This document shows positions 30,172 to 40,350 of a stretch of 64,000 nucleotides of DNA, piece by piece; the first letter of the stretch is position 1, and every line of letters begins with the position of its first letter. The notes beneath the pieces are model-generated. The model was not told the DNA's origin, ran no database searches, and saw nothing but the letters and a program-made list of their open reading frames with translations. Source of the DNA: an uncultured Candidatus Rokubacteria bacterium (GTDB lineage: Bacteria; Methylomirabilota; Methylomirabilia; Rokubacteriales; DASRDR01); contig CAVPSB010000012.1 in the NCBI GenBank assembly GCA_963708025.1, positions 411,195-475,194 on the forward strand. The letters run 5' to 3'. Made by a program: the position numbers and the translations under genes.

Positions 30172-31899
30172 ATGATGGCGACCAAGACCATCCGCGTCGA
30201 GACCGTGGCCCAGGCTTACCTCGAGATCCTGCGCGAGCGCGGGGTCGATGTCTTTCTCGCGAACGCCGGCACCGACTTCGCCTCGATCGTGGACGCCTTC
30301 GCGAAGTTCGCGGCCGAGGGGAAGACCGTCCCGCGCCCCCTGGTGGTGCCGCACGAGTTCGTGGCGGTGTCGATGGCCCACGGCTACTACGCGGTCACCG
30401 GACGCCCGCAGGTGGTCATGGTCCACGTCACGGTGGGGACCGCCAACGCGTCCGGCGCCGTGATCAACGCGGCGCGGGGCCGGACGCCCGTGATCTTCAG
30501 CGCGGGCCGGACGCCGATCACCGAGGACGGCGCCCTCCGCGGCGCGCGGGACACCCACATCCACTGGGCCCAGGAGGCCTTCGACCAGGCCGGGATGCTG
30601 CGCGAGTACCTCAAGTGGGACTACGAGCTGCGCCAGCCGACCCAGATCGAGGCCGTCGTGGACCGGGCGCTCGAGCTCGCGATGGCGGAGCCCCGGGGCC
30701 CCGTCTACCTCACGCTCCCCCGCGAGGTGCTGGCCCAGCCGCTCGGCGAGGTCACCGTCACCGTCCCGAGCCGCCGCCAGGTCGAGAGCCGCCGGTTCCC
30801 GGATCCCCGGCGGATCGAGGAGGCGGCCGAGATCCTCGCCACCGCCCGCGCCCCGCTCATCCTCACCGCCGAGGCGGGACGCGATCACGCCGCCATCGAG
30901 GGGCTCGTGGCCCTCGCCGACGCGGGAGCGATCGCCGTCGCCGAGGTGAGCCAGACCTGCGTCAGCTTCCCGGCCGCGCACCCGTGCCACGTCGGCTACG
31001 CCTACGGGAGCCAGACCCACCCGGCCGTCTCGGAGGCCGACGCGATCCTCGTGGTGGACTCCGACGTCCCATGGTTCCCGGCCCGCGTGAAGCTGCGGGA
31101 CGACGCCCGGGTGATCCAGCTCGCCGTGGATCCGTTCTGGAGCCGCTACCCGATGCGCTCGTACCCCTGCGACGTCCCGATCGCCGCCGAGCCGGCGGTG
31201 GCGCTGCCGCTGCTCGCCGAGGCGGTGCGGCGGCGCGCTCGCCGGGACGAGGTCGAGGCCCGGCGGTCCCGGCTCGCCGCCGAGCACCAGGCGCAGCGGG
31301 CGGCCTGGGCTGCCGCCGCCGAGGCCGAGCGGAGCCGGACGCCGATCGGCTTCCAGTGGGCCTCCCGCTGCATCGGCGAGGTCCTCGGGCCCGACACCAT
31401 CGTGTTCAACGAGTACCCGCTCGACACCCGCCACGCGCCGCCGCCGGGGCCGGGCTCCTACTTCGGCTCGCCCCACGCGGGCGGCCTCGGCTGGGGGCTG
31501 GGGGCGGCGCTCGGCGCGAAGCTCGCCCGGCCCGACAAGACGGTGATCGCGACGCTGGGGGACGGCGCCTACATCTTCGGCGCCCCCACCGCGGCCCACC
31601 TGGCGGCACGGATGCACGACCTCCCGATCCTGACGATCGTGTTCAACAACGAGTCGTGGGAGGCGGTGGCCCGGGCCACGCTCCAGGTCCACCCCGACGG
31701 CTGGGCCGCCACGACGAAGACCATGCCGCTCTCCCACCTCGGGCCGTCGCCGCGCTACGAGGAGATCGTCCGCGCCTTCGACGGCCACGGCGAGCGCGTC
31801 GAGGCGCCGGAGGCGCTGCCCGGCGCCCTCCAGCGCGCGCTGCGGGCGGTCCGCGAGGAGCGCCGCCAGGCCGTCCTCAACATCATCTGCCGCCGCTGA
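30172..31899 (+). CDS. Thiamine pyrophosphate-requiring enzyme (ALS/BFD-like)
   Basis: HEFVAVSMAHGY, GPVYLTLPRE, GLGWGLGAALG, GDGAYIF...NN. Confidence 0.9.
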   Translation: MMATKTIRVETVAQAYLEILRERGVDVFLANAGTDFASIVDAFAKFAAEGKTVPRPLVVPHEFVAVSMAHGYYAVTGRPQVVMVHVTVGTANASGAVINAARGRTPVIFSAGRTPITEDGALRGARDTHIHWAQEAFDQAGMLREYLKWDYELRQPTQIEAVVDRALELAMAEPRGPVYLTLPREVLAQPLGEVTVTVPSRRQVESRRFPDPRRIEEAAEILATARAPLILTAEAGRDHAAIEGLVALADAGAIAVAEVSQTCVSFPAAHPCHVGYAYGSQTHPAVSEADAILVVDSDVPWFPARVKLRDDARVIQLAVDPFWSRYPMRSYPCDVPIAAEPAVALPLLAEAVRRRARRDEVEARRSRLAAEHQAQRAAWAAAAEAERSRTPIGFQWASRCIGEVLGPDTIVFNEYPLDTRHAPPPGPGSYFGSPHAGGLGWGLGAALGAKLARPDKTVIATLGDGAYIFGAPTAAHLAARMHDLPILTIVFNNESWEAVARATLQVHPDGWAATTKTMPLSHLGPSPRYEEIVRAFDGHGERVEAPEALPGALQRALRAVREERRQAVLNIICRR

Positions 31900-32002
31900 G
31901 GCGGCTGTCCCGAAAGCGGTCGTGACGTCGGCCGCCCAGGGCGTCACCTCGGCGCCTCGTAAGGTAGTGCCCCCTCCCTCCTCAGGAGAGGGTCCACGCG
32001 AG

Positions 32003-32031
32003 TTGATCTGGAGGACAAATGTCTATACACT
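32003..32031 (+). promoter_or_regulatory. sigma70 promoter, probably leaderless
   Basis: TTGATC-N17-TACACT; GTG start follows after a 6-nt gap. Confidence 0.6.
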
Positions 32032-32037
32032 AGCCGG

Positions 32038-32316
32038 GTGCGGTTCGAGTGGGATCCTCCCAAGGCGGAGGCGAACCTACGGGCTCACGGAGTGAGTTTC
32101 GCGGAAGCGGTCACGGTTCTCGAAGACGACTTTGCCCTGACTCGTGAGGATGCCGGGGTCGTGGAAGAGTCGCGCTTCGTAACCCTGGGCCTCAGCAACG
32201 CAGGAAACCTGCTCGTCGTGGTGTACATGTATCGCGAGCCCGACATCGTCCGCGTGATCTCGGCCTGGAAGGCCAACAAGCGCCAGAGGGTGCACTATGA
32301 AGAAGGTCGTAGCTGA
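32038..32316 (+). CDS. brnT: BrnT family toxin
   Basis: FEWDPPKAEANLRAHGVSFAEA...RVISA. Confidence 0.9.
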   Translation: MRFEWDPPKAEANLRAHGVSFAEAVTVLEDDFALTREDAGVVEESRFVTLGLSNAGNLLVVVYMYREPDIVRVISAWKANKRQRVHYEEGRS

Positions 32317-32620
32317 GAAATATCGCGACATCGACTTCTCGCGCGCCAAGCGCGGCCCCGTCGTCAAGCCCGAGCCAGGCAAGACCAAGATCTCGATTCG
32401 CCTGGACAACACCGTGCTGGAATACTTCCGGGATCTGGTGGAGAAGGCTGGCGGAGGGAACTACCAGACTCTGATCAACGACGCCCTGCTGGGGCATGTG
32501 CACCGACTCTCCGTGCTCGACGTCGTGCGGCAGGTGGTGCGGGAAGAACTCGCATCGTACGGCGCCACGCGATCTACGTCAGGCCGCGCTCCAGCCGGGA
32601 CTCCCGGCGCAGCGCGATGA
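32297..32620 (+). CDS. brnA: BrnA family antitoxin
   Basis: DFSRAKRG, KISIRLD..VLEYF, NYQTLINDAL. Confidence 0.88.
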   Translation: MKKVVAEKYRDIDFSRAKRGPVVKPEPGKTKISIRLDNTVLEYFRDLVEKAGGGNYQTLINDALLGHVHRLSVLDVVRQVVREELASYGATRSTSGRAPAGTPGAAR

Positions 32621-32822
32621 AGGTGTCCCTGAGGCCCGTTGCGTCTCGGCAGATCCAGGTTGTTCTAACCTAGCTACCAGACGGTCGGCGAACTCCTCGG
32701 TCAGCCCGTTGGCCCGGATGAGACTCTGGACGTCGGCCAGGTCGCGCATCGGAATCGTTCCTGGCTGGCAGCGGGGACCCGAGCTATGCTGAGACGTCAC
32801 GGCATCGCGCCGGACGGGAGAC

Positions 32823-33816
32823 ATGACGGCCTCACTCATCCTCATGGTCACCCTGACTGTCGGCCTCCTCGCCGCGCCGGTCGCCGCCGAGGCCCAGCAG
32901 GCGGCCAAGGTCGCTCGAATAGGCTACCTGGCGGGCAACCTGGCCGCTGGCCCCCACCTGCGAGAGGCCTTCCGTCAAGGACTGCGTGACCTCGGTTACG
33001 TCGAGGGCCGCAACGTCGTGATCGAATACCGAGATGCCGAGGGGAAGCTCGAGCGGCTCCCCGCTCTTGCGGCCGAACTGGTTGCGCTCAAGGTTGATGT
33101 CATCGTGGCCCCAAGCACACCCGCCGCCCTGGCCGCCAAGCAAGCGACCAGGACCCTCCCCATTGTCTTCGCTGCTGCTGCCGATCCGGTTGACGAGCGG
33201 GCTCGTCACCAGCCTTGCGCGGCCGGGCGGCAATGTCACGGGGTTGTCCATCCTCGCCCCGGAGCTAGTCGGCAAGCGTCTGGAACTGCTCACGCAGGCC
33301 GTTCCGGGGGTCAGTCGGGTCGCTGTCCTCTGGCAGCCAGGTGCCCTCGGCGAACGCACGGAAAAGGACATGCTGAAGGAAGCAGAAGTCGCGGCACGGG
33401 CGCTGGGGGTGCGGCTTCAATTCGTTGAGGCGCGAGGTCCCGCCGATTTCGACAGGGCCTTCTCGGACATGACCAGGGCGCGCGCGGGTGCTCTGACTGT
33501 GTTGGGAAGCACCATGTTCTTCAGTGAGCGAAGACGCCTCGTGGACCTGGCGGCCAAGAACCGGCTGCCGGCAGTGTACCCATTGAGGGAGTTTGTCGAT
33601 GCCGGGGGCCTTATGTCCTATGGACCGAACCTTGCTGATTTGTATCGGCGCGCCGCTACCTACGTGGACAAGATTCTCAAGGGCGCCAAGCCCGCCGACC
33701 TGCCCGTCGAGCAGCCGACGAAGTTCGAGCTGGTGATCAACCTCAAGACCGCCAAGGCGCTCGGCCTGACGATCCCGCCGTCGCTGCTCGCGCGGGCGGA
33801 CGAGGTGATCCAGTGA
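32823..33816 (+). CDS. ABC transporter substrate-binding protein (frameshift at ~33190)
   Basis: RDLGYVEGRNVVIEYR, LARPGGNVTG, GGLMSYGP, GAKPADLPVEQPTKFELVINLKTAKALG. Confidence 0.85.
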
Positions 33817-34012
33817 CGCGGGAGAAACCGAACGCCTCCCCGCATTCTTCGGATCAACTGGGCCACCACTACCCGAGCGACCAGGGAGGCGCTTCGTCAC
33901 CAAACTCATGACCCGGCTGTCTCATTCTTGTTGACAGGCTCCGTGAGCCCCGCCGGGCGTTGGAACCGAGGCCCGGGGCGGCCATAATAGGAGTAATCTG
34001 ACCGGCTCGGGG

Positions 34013-37000
34013 GTGGGCATGGACGGGACGGGGCGGGGGACGGCGGCGACGAGCGGGATCACGCTGGACGACCGCTACCTGCGCGAGCGCGGGCCCGTGT
34101 ACCTCTCCGGGCTGCAGGCGCTGGTGCGGCTGCCGATCGAGCAGAACCGCCGGGACCGGCGGGCGGGGCTGCGGATCGGCACCTTCGTCAGCGGCTTCCC
34201 GGGCTCGCCGCTCGGCGGCTACGACCTGGCCCTCCGCCAGGCCCGGGCGATCCTGCAGCAGCACGACGTCTCGCACGTCCCCGGCGCCAACGAGGAGTTG
34301 GCGGCGACCGCCATCAGCGGGACCCAGATGCTCGACCACTATCCGCACTCGAAGTGGGACGGCGTGGTCGCCCTCTGGTACGGGAAGGGGCCGGGGGTGG
34401 ACCGGAGCGGCGACGCCCTCAAGCACGGGAACTTCGCGGGGACCAGCCGCCACGGCGCGGTCGTGGTCCTGTCCGGCGAGGACCACGAGGCGAAGAGCTC
34501 GACCATGCCGTACCAGGACGACTACGCGTTCGTCGGCCACGGCATGCCGATCCTCTACCCGGCGTCGACCGGGGAGTTCCTGACCCTCGGCCTTCACGCC
34601 ATCGCGCTCTCGCGCTTCTCCGGCTGCTGGGTGGCGATGAAGCTGGTCGGCCAGCTCGCCGACGGCGGGGAGATCGTGGACGTCGCGCCCGACCGGCCGG
34701 CCATCGTGCTTCCCGAGCTCTCGTTCGGCGGCAAGCCCTTCCAGAAGTCCACCGACTTCACCTTCTTCCCGGGGCTCAACATCGAGACCGAGCGCCGCCT
34801 CTACTACGAGCGCCACCGGGCGGTGGTGGCCTACGCGCGCGCCAACGGCCTCGACCGGGTCGAGGTGCGGGGCGAGCGCGACCGGCTCGGCATCGTGACC
34901 GCCGGCAAGAGCTACGCGGACACCCGGCAGGCGCTCGCCGACATGGGGCTCGACGAGGCGGCCCTCCGGCGCCTCGGCGTTCGGCTCCTGCGCATCGGCC
35001 TGATCTATCCGGTGGACGCCGACCTGATCCGTGAGTTCGCGCGGGACCTCGACGAGGTCCTCGTGATCGAGGAGAAGCGCGGCTTCCTCGAGTCCCAGGT
35101 GAAGGAAGCGCTGTGCGGGCTTCCCCGGGCGATCCGCGTGCTCGGCAAGTTCGACGAGAGCGGGGCGCCGCTGTTCCCGATCCAGGGCGGCATGGACTCC
35201 GACGCGATCGCCGAGCGCCTGGGCCCCCGCCTGAGCATGCTCGCCCCCGACCATCCCGGCGACTTTTCGAGAATCGGGGGCCGCCTGGCCGAGCTGCGGG
35301 TGATCCGCGGCCGCGCCGCCGAGACGCTGCCGGGGCGCACCCCCAACTACTGCTCGGGCTGCCCCCACAACGTCTCGACCCGCCTCCTCGAAGGGCAGGT
35401 GGCCTGGGGGAGCCCGGGCTGCCACTCCTTCGCCTCGATCATCGAGCAGCCCGAGCGGCACATCGTCTCGATGACCCAGCTCGGAGGCGAGGGGCTCCCG
35501 TGGATCGGCCTGGCCCCGTACACCGACCGCCCCCACATGGTCCAGAACGTCGGCGACGGGTCGCTCTTCCACTCGAGCTACCTCAACATCCGCTTCTGCG
35601 TCGCGGTCGGGGTCAACATCACCTTCAAGATCCTCTACAACGGCTACGTCGCGAACACCGGCGCCCAGGAGATGGTGGGCGGCAAGCCCATCCCCGAGCT
35701 GACCCGCCTCCTGGAGATCGAGGGCGTCAAGCGGATCGCCCTCTTGACGAAGGACCCTGCCGCCTACCGGGACGCCCGGCTGGCGTCGAACGCCGTGGTC
35801 TACCCGGTGACCCGCCAGGACGCGGTGCTGAAGGAGCTGCAGGAGACTCCGGGTGTCACGGTGTTCATCTACGACGGGACGTGCGCCAACGAGCGCCGCC
35901 GCCGCCAGAAGCGGGGCCAGCTCCCGGTCACGAATCGCTTCGTGGTGATCAACGAGGAGGTCTGCGAGAACTGCGGCCACTGCGGGGTCGTCACCAACTG
36001 CATGTCGCTCCAGAAGGTGGACACCGAGTTCGGCCTCAAGACCCGGATCCACACCTCCTCCTGCAACCAGGACTACTCCTGCTTGAAGGGCGACTGCCCG
36101 TCGTTCATGACCGTCGAGACGCAGGCGGGCACCGGCTACCGCCGGCCGGCCACGCCGGAGCTGGCGGCCGACGCCATCCCCGAGCCCGCGACCCGGGCGT
36201 CCCTCGACCGGCCGTACCACCTCTACGTCCCCGGCGTCGGCGGCACCGGCGTCATCACCATCAACGCCCTCCTCTGTTACGCGGCGTGGATGGACGGCGT
36301 CCGCGTCCTCTCCTACGACCAGACGGGCGCCGCCCAGAAGTGGGGACCGGTCCTCTCGAGCCTCGTCCTGGCCGTGCCCGGCCAGGCGCTCCACGCCAAC
36401 AAGGTCGGGCTGGGCAAGGCCGACCTCTACCTGGCCTTCGACCTGATGGCGGCCGCGAGCCGCGTGAACCTCGACCGCTGCGACCCGGCCCGCACGGCCG
36501 CCGTCGTGAATCCTGGGCTCTTGCCGAGCGGCGAGATGATCCGCGACGTCCACTTCACGCCGCCGGTGGAGGCGATGCGCGAGGCGATCGGACGCGTCAC
36601 CGACCCGACCCGGAGCGTCGCGGTCAACGCGCGACAGATCGCCGAAGCGCTCTTCGGCGACTACATGGCGACGAACATGGTCGCCCTCGGGGTGGCCTAC
36701 CAGGCCGGGCTCCTCCCGCTCACGTCGGCCAGCATCGAGGGGGCCATCCGTCTCAACGGGGTCGGGGTCGCCCAGAACCTCCAGGCGTTCCGCTACGGGC
36801 GCCTCCACGTGGCCGATCCGGCCCGGGTGCGGGCGCTCGTGGAGCCGCCGCGGCCGACGTTCGAGGAGGAGCGCGCCCGGGTGCTGGCGCGCCTGGGCGG
36901 CCGGGACGCCCACGCCTACGTGTCGCTCCTCGACCGCTGCGCGGCCCTCGACGCCGAGGCGCGGCGGCTGCTCGCGGTGCGCATCGCCGAGCTGATCGAC

Positions 37001-37603
37001 TACCAGGACGCCCGCTACGCGGGGCGGTACGTGGACACCGTCCTCCGGGTGGCCGCCCGGGAGCGCGAGGCGGTCCCGGGACGCGCGGAGCTCACGCACG
37101 CGGTGATCCGCTATCTCTACAAGCTGATGGCGTACAAGGACGAGTACGAGGTGGCGCGCCTGCACCTCAAGCCGGCGTTCCACGCGGAGGCGAGGGGTCT
37201 GTTCGCGGCGCCAACGCGCCTGGTCTGGAACCTCCACCCGCCTGTCCTGCGGGCCTTCGGGCTCGAGCGGAAGCTGGCCCTCGGCCCCTGGTTCGCGCCG
37301 GCGCTCCGGCTCCTGCGCGCGCTGAAGGGCCTGCGCGGCACCGCGCTCGACCCGTTCGGCTACGCCGCCGTCCGGCGCGAGGAGCGGCGGCTCGTCGCCT
37401 GGTACACGGACCTCCTCGACACCGCGCTCGCGCGCCTCGACGCCGGCAGCCACGCCACCGCCGTCGAGCTGGCCCAGCTCCCCGACGCGATCCGCGGCTA
37501 CGAGGCGATCAAGCTCGAGAGCGCCCGGGCCGCCCGGGCCCGGGCCGAGACGCTCGTCGCCCGCCTGCGCGGCGCCCCGGCGCCGGCGGCGCCGCGCGCC
37601 TAA
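34013..37603 (+). CDS. Indolepyruvate:ferredoxin oxidoreductase family, fused alpha-beta
   Basis: SGFPGSPLGG, WYGKGPGVDRSGD, YCSGCPHN, GDGSLFHS, CENCGHC, GVGGTG, KLMAYKDEYEVARL. Confidence 0.93.
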   Translation: MGMDGTGRGTAATSGITLDDRYLRERGPVYLSGLQALVRLPIEQNRRDRRAGLRIGTFVSGFPGSPLGGYDLALRQARAILQQHDVSHVPGANEELAATAISGTQMLDHYPHSKWDGVVALWYGKGPGVDRSGDALKHGNFAGTSRHGAVVVLSGEDHEAKSSTMPYQDDYAFVGHGMPILYPASTGEFLTLGLHAIALSRFSGCWVAMKLVGQLADGGEIVDVAPDRPAIVLPELSFGGKPFQKSTDFTFFPGLNIETERRLYYERHRAVVAYARANGLDRVEVRGERDRLGIVTAGKSYADTRQALADMGLDEAALRRLGVRLLRIGLIYPVDADLIREFARDLDEVLVIEEKRGFLESQVKEALCGLPRAIRVLGKFDESGAPLFPIQGGMDSDAIAERLGPRLSMLAPDHPGDFSRIGGRLAELRVIRGRAAETLPGRTPNYCSGCPHNVSTRLLEGQVAWGSPGCHSFASIIEQPERHIVSMTQLGGEGLPWIGLAPYTDRPHMVQNVGDGSLFHSSYLNIRFCVAVGVNITFKILYNGYVANTGAQEMVGGKPIPELTRLLEIEGVKRIALLTKDPAAYRDARLASNAVVYPVTRQDAVLKELQETPGVTVFIYDGTCANERRRRQKRGQLPVTNRFVVINEEVCENCGHCGVVTNCMSLQKVDTEFGLKTRIHTSSCNQDYSCLKGDCPSFMTVETQAGTGYRRPATPELAADAIPEPATRASLDRPYHLYVPGVGGTGVITINALLCYAAWMDGVRVLSYDQTGAAQKWGPVLSSLVLAVPGQALHANKVGLGKADLYLAFDLMAAASRVNLDRCDPARTAAVVNPGLLPSGEMIRDVHFTPPVEAMREAIGRVTDPTRSVAVNARQIAEALFGDYMATNMVALGVAYQAGLLPLTSASIEGAIRLNGVGVAQNLQAFRYGRLHVADPARVRALVEPPRPTFEEERARVLARLGGRDAHAYVSLLDRCAALDAEARRLLAVRIAELIDYQDARYAGRYVDTVLRVAAREREAVPGRAELTHAVIRYLYKLMAYKDEYEVARLHLKPAFHAEARGLFAAPTRLVWNLHPPVLRAFGLERKLALGPWFAPALRLLRALKGLRGTALDPFGYAAVRREERRLVAWYTDLLDTALARLDAGSHATAVELAQLPDAIRGYEAIKLESARAARARAETLVARLRGAPAPAAPRA

Positions 37604-37837
37604 GGCCGTCTACTCGAAGCCCCACCCCGGGTCGCGGCCCTGGGCGATCTCCGTGTCCTGGGCCCGGACCCGGGCTGCCGCCTCCCTTCGCGTCTCGCCC
37701 AGCTCGGTGACCCGGAGCGCCTCGCGTTCGCTCGGGAAGAGCTGGGCGCGCTGGGTGTTCCGGAGCACGTCCGGCGCGCGGAGGCCCTTGCCGGGCGACT
37801 CGGCACCCCGCCTCCTTCGGCGAGCTCATCTGCGACG

Positions 37838-37866
37838 TTGACTATGTAGCTTCGTGAAGCTACATT
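37838..37866 (+). promoter_or_regulatory. TA promoter with a perfect operator palindrome; leaderless
   Basis: TTGACT-N17-TACATT; ATGTAGCTTC-GT-GAAGCTACAT (37844-37865); GTG at 37873. Confidence 0.8.
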
Positions 37867-37872
37867 GGCCAG

Positions 37873-38169
37873 GTGAAGCGGGTCGGCCTGCGCGAGCTCA
37901 AGAATCGCCTCAGCGAGTACGTCCGCCTGGTCCGGGCTGGCGAGGTCGTCCAGGTGACCGACCGCGGTGAGGTGGTCGCCGAGCTGCGCCCGCCCGGCGG
38001 GCCGGCGGCTCCAGCCGACCACATTCCCCCGGGGCTGCTGGCGCTCGCCAGGAAAGGCTCCGTGACTCTGGGAGGCCCCCATGACCCCCGGGTGTACAGG
38101 CCCCAGCCGAGAGTCTTGCCCCCCGGGGAGCTCCAGCGGCTCCTCGACGAGGAGCGAGGCGACCGCTGA
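37873..38169 (+). CDS. Phd/YefM-type antitoxin (VapB-like)
   Basis: VGLRELKNRLSEYVRLVRAGEVVQVTDRGEVVAEL. Confidence 0.88.
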   Translation: MKRVGLRELKNRLSEYVRLVRAGEVVQVTDRGEVVAELRPPGGPAAPADHIPPGLLALARKGSVTLGGPHDPRVYRPQPRVLPPGELQRLLDEERGDR

Positions 38170-38600
38170 GACTCTACGCCGACTCCAGTGCCGTCCTGGC
38201 CTGGCTGCTCGGCGAGCCGGCGGGCGCGGGCGTCCTCGAAGCGCTGACCGACGCCGAATTGGTGCTGGCGTCCGACCTGACGATGGTGGAATGCGAACGG
38301 ATCCTGATCCGGACGCACGCCGCCCAGCGGCTCTCTGACACCCGGTTCGCGGATCTGAAGGCGTTGCTCGACGAGGCCGCAGCGGGATGGCACCTCCTGC
38401 GCCTCGATGCCGACACGATCGCCCGGGCTCGGCGCCCCTTCCCGAGAGAGCCGATCCGGACGCTCGATGCGCTCCATCTCGCCAGCGCGCTGTCGGCGCG
38501 GACCGGGGTCGGCGGCCTCGCGCTGTTGACCCTGGACCGGAGGCTCCGTGAGGCGGGTCGTGATCTCGGCCTGGACGTCCTGCCGAGCGGTGGCGCCTGA
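38166..38600 (+). CDS. PIN-domain toxin (VapC-like), probable CTG start
   Basis: RLYADSSAVLAWLLGE, LTMVEC, RTLDALHLASA, TLDRRL; the only plausible start is the CTG overlapping the antitoxin TGA. Confidence 0.85.
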   Translation: MRLYADSSAVLAWLLGEPAGAGVLEALTDAELVLASDLTMVECERILIRTHAAQRLSDTRFADLKALLDEAAAGWHLLRLDADTIARARRPFPREPIRTLDALHLASALSARTGVGGLALLTLDRRLREAGRDLGLDVLPSGGA

Positions 38601-38620
38601 GCGGGGGGATTCGAGGCCCG

Positions 38621-40348
38621 ATGGAGCGGATCGAGGCTGATCTCCTGATCCTGGGCGGCGGCGGGGCCGGGCTGTGCGCGGCCCTTCACGCCGCCGACCG
38701 CGCTCCCGGCCTCGCCATCACGCTGGTGGTGAAGGGCCTGCTCGGCCGGGCCGGCTGCACCCGCATGGTGCAGGGGGGCTACAACGCGGTCCTCCGCGCG
38801 CCGGACTCGCTCGAGGCCCACCTCCTCGACACGCTGAAGGGCGGCAGCTTCCTCAACGACCAGGAGCTGGTCTGGCGACTCGTCGAGACGGCGCCGGCGC
38901 GCGTCGCCGAGCTGGAGGATCGCCACGGCTGCTTCTTCGACCGCGCCGGCGCCGGCGCCATCCACCAGAAGCCGTTCGCCGGGCAGAGCCACGACCGGAC
39001 GATCCACAAGGGCGACCTGACCGGCATCGAGATCATGAACCGCCTGACCGAGCAGGTCTGGGCGCGGCCGGCGATCGGCGTCCTCGAGGAGCACCGGGCG
39101 CTCGATCTCCTCCAGGACGGCGAGGGGAGGGTAAGCGGCGCGCTGCTGCTCGACATCCGGACCGGCGGCGTCGTGCTGGCGCGCGCGCGGGCCACGCTCC
39201 TGGCCTGCGGGGGCGGGCCCACCATGTACCGGGTCATCGCGTGCTCGGCCGACAAGTCGGCCGACGGCATCGCGCTCGCCTACCGGGCCGGGGCGCCGCT
39301 CCGCGACATGGAGATGGTGCAGTTCCACCCGACCGGGCTCGTCGTGCCGGGCTCGCTCATGACCGGGGCGCTCCTCGAGGAGGGGCTCCGCGGGGCGGGC
39401 GGCCGCCTCTTCAACGCCGCTGGCGAGCGCTTCATGGCGCGCCACGACCCCGCCCGGCTCGAGCGCTCGACGCGGGACGTCGTCGCCCGGGCCAGCTACC
39501 TCGAGATCGCCCACGGGCGGGGGACCCCCGAGGGCGGCGTGTGGCTCGACGTCTCGCACCTCGGCGCCGACTTCGTCGAGCGCAACTTCCGGGGGATGGT
39601 CCGCCGCTGCCGCGACTTCGACCTCGACCTCCCGCGCCGGCCCGTCCCCGTGATGCCGACCGCCCACTTCCTGATGGGCGGGGTCGTGATCGATCCCGAC
39701 TGCCGCACGGCGCTCGAGGGGCTCTTCGTCGCCGGCGAGGACGCGGGCGGGGTGCACGGGGCCAACCGGCTCGGCGGGAACGGGGTGGCGGACTCGACCG
39801 TGTTCGGCGGGATCGCGGGTGACGTGATGACGGACTGGGTGGCGGAGCGACCGCGGCCGGCCGTCTCGGCCGCCGACGCCGAGCGCCGGGCGGCGGCGGC
39901 GCGGGCGCCGCTCGCGCGTCGGGGTCCCGACGACGTGGTCGCGATCCGAGCGATCATGCGCGACCTGATGTGGGAGCGGGCGGGTCTCATCCGGACCGGC
40001 GGCGGGCTCGAGACGGCGCTCCGGGTGCTGGGGGAGCTGGAGGCCCGGCTGGAACGGGCCGCCGTCCCCGGCGGCCCGGCCTACAATCCAGCCTGGCAGG
40101 CCTGGCTCGACACCCGGAACCAGATCCTGGCCGCCCGGCTGATCGCCCGCAGCGCGCTCGAGCGCCGCGAGAGCCGGGGCGCCCACTACCGGGCCGATCA
40201 CCCGGAGCCGGACGACGCGCGCTGGCTGGTCAACGTGTTGATCGCGGAGCGAGAGGGGCGGCCCGCGGTGTGGACCGAGCCGGTCCGACTGACGCGAGCG
40301 CGGCCGGAGGCTGCCACCGCGCCCGCGACGGTGGAGATCGGGGACTAG
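38621..40348 (+). CDS. SdhA/FrdA-like flavoprotein (second, divergent type)
   Basis: GGGGAG, CTRMVQGG, QFHPTG, EEGLRGAGG, TRDVVAR, HFLMGG, HGANRLGGN, ESRGAHYR. Confidence 0.88.
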   Translation: MERIEADLLILGGGGAGLCAALHAADRAPGLAITLVVKGLLGRAGCTRMVQGGYNAVLRAPDSLEAHLLDTLKGGSFLNDQELVWRLVETAPARVAELEDRHGCFFDRAGAGAIHQKPFAGQSHDRTIHKGDLTGIEIMNRLTEQVWARPAIGVLEEHRALDLLQDGEGRVSGALLLDIRTGGVVLARARATLLACGGGPTMYRVIACSADKSADGIALAYRAGAPLRDMEMVQFHPTGLVVPGSLMTGALLEEGLRGAGGRLFNAAGERFMARHDPARLERSTRDVVARASYLEIAHGRGTPEGGVWLDVSHLGADFVERNFRGMVRRCRDFDLDLPRRPVPVMPTAHFLMGGVVIDPDCRTALEGLFVAGEDAGGVHGANRLGGNGVADSTVFGGIAGDVMTDWVAERPRPAVSAADAERRAAAARAPLARRGPDDVVAIRAIMRDLMWERAGLIRTGGGLETALRVLGELEARLERAAVPGGPAYNPAWQAWLDTRNQILAARLIARSALERRESRGAHYRADHPEPDDARWLVNVLIAEREGRPAVWTEPVRLTRARPEAATAPATVEIGD

Positions 40349-40350
40349 GA

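Noticed and set aside
27286-31899. 1537-aa Mo-enzyme/ThDP-enzyme fusion in the ORF track
   Set aside because: Artefact of the frameshift at ~29027; the real C-terminus is in another frame and the ThDP gene has its own RBS.
33869-37453. Long antisense ORFs (also 9213-11786, 49821-53012, 54675-58193)
   Set aside because: Shadow frames of high-GC genes with no recognisable motifs.
37610-37830. Minus-strand coding-like stub ending ...GRDPGWGFE*
   Set aside because: No clear start or recognisable family; probably debris beside the TA insertion.
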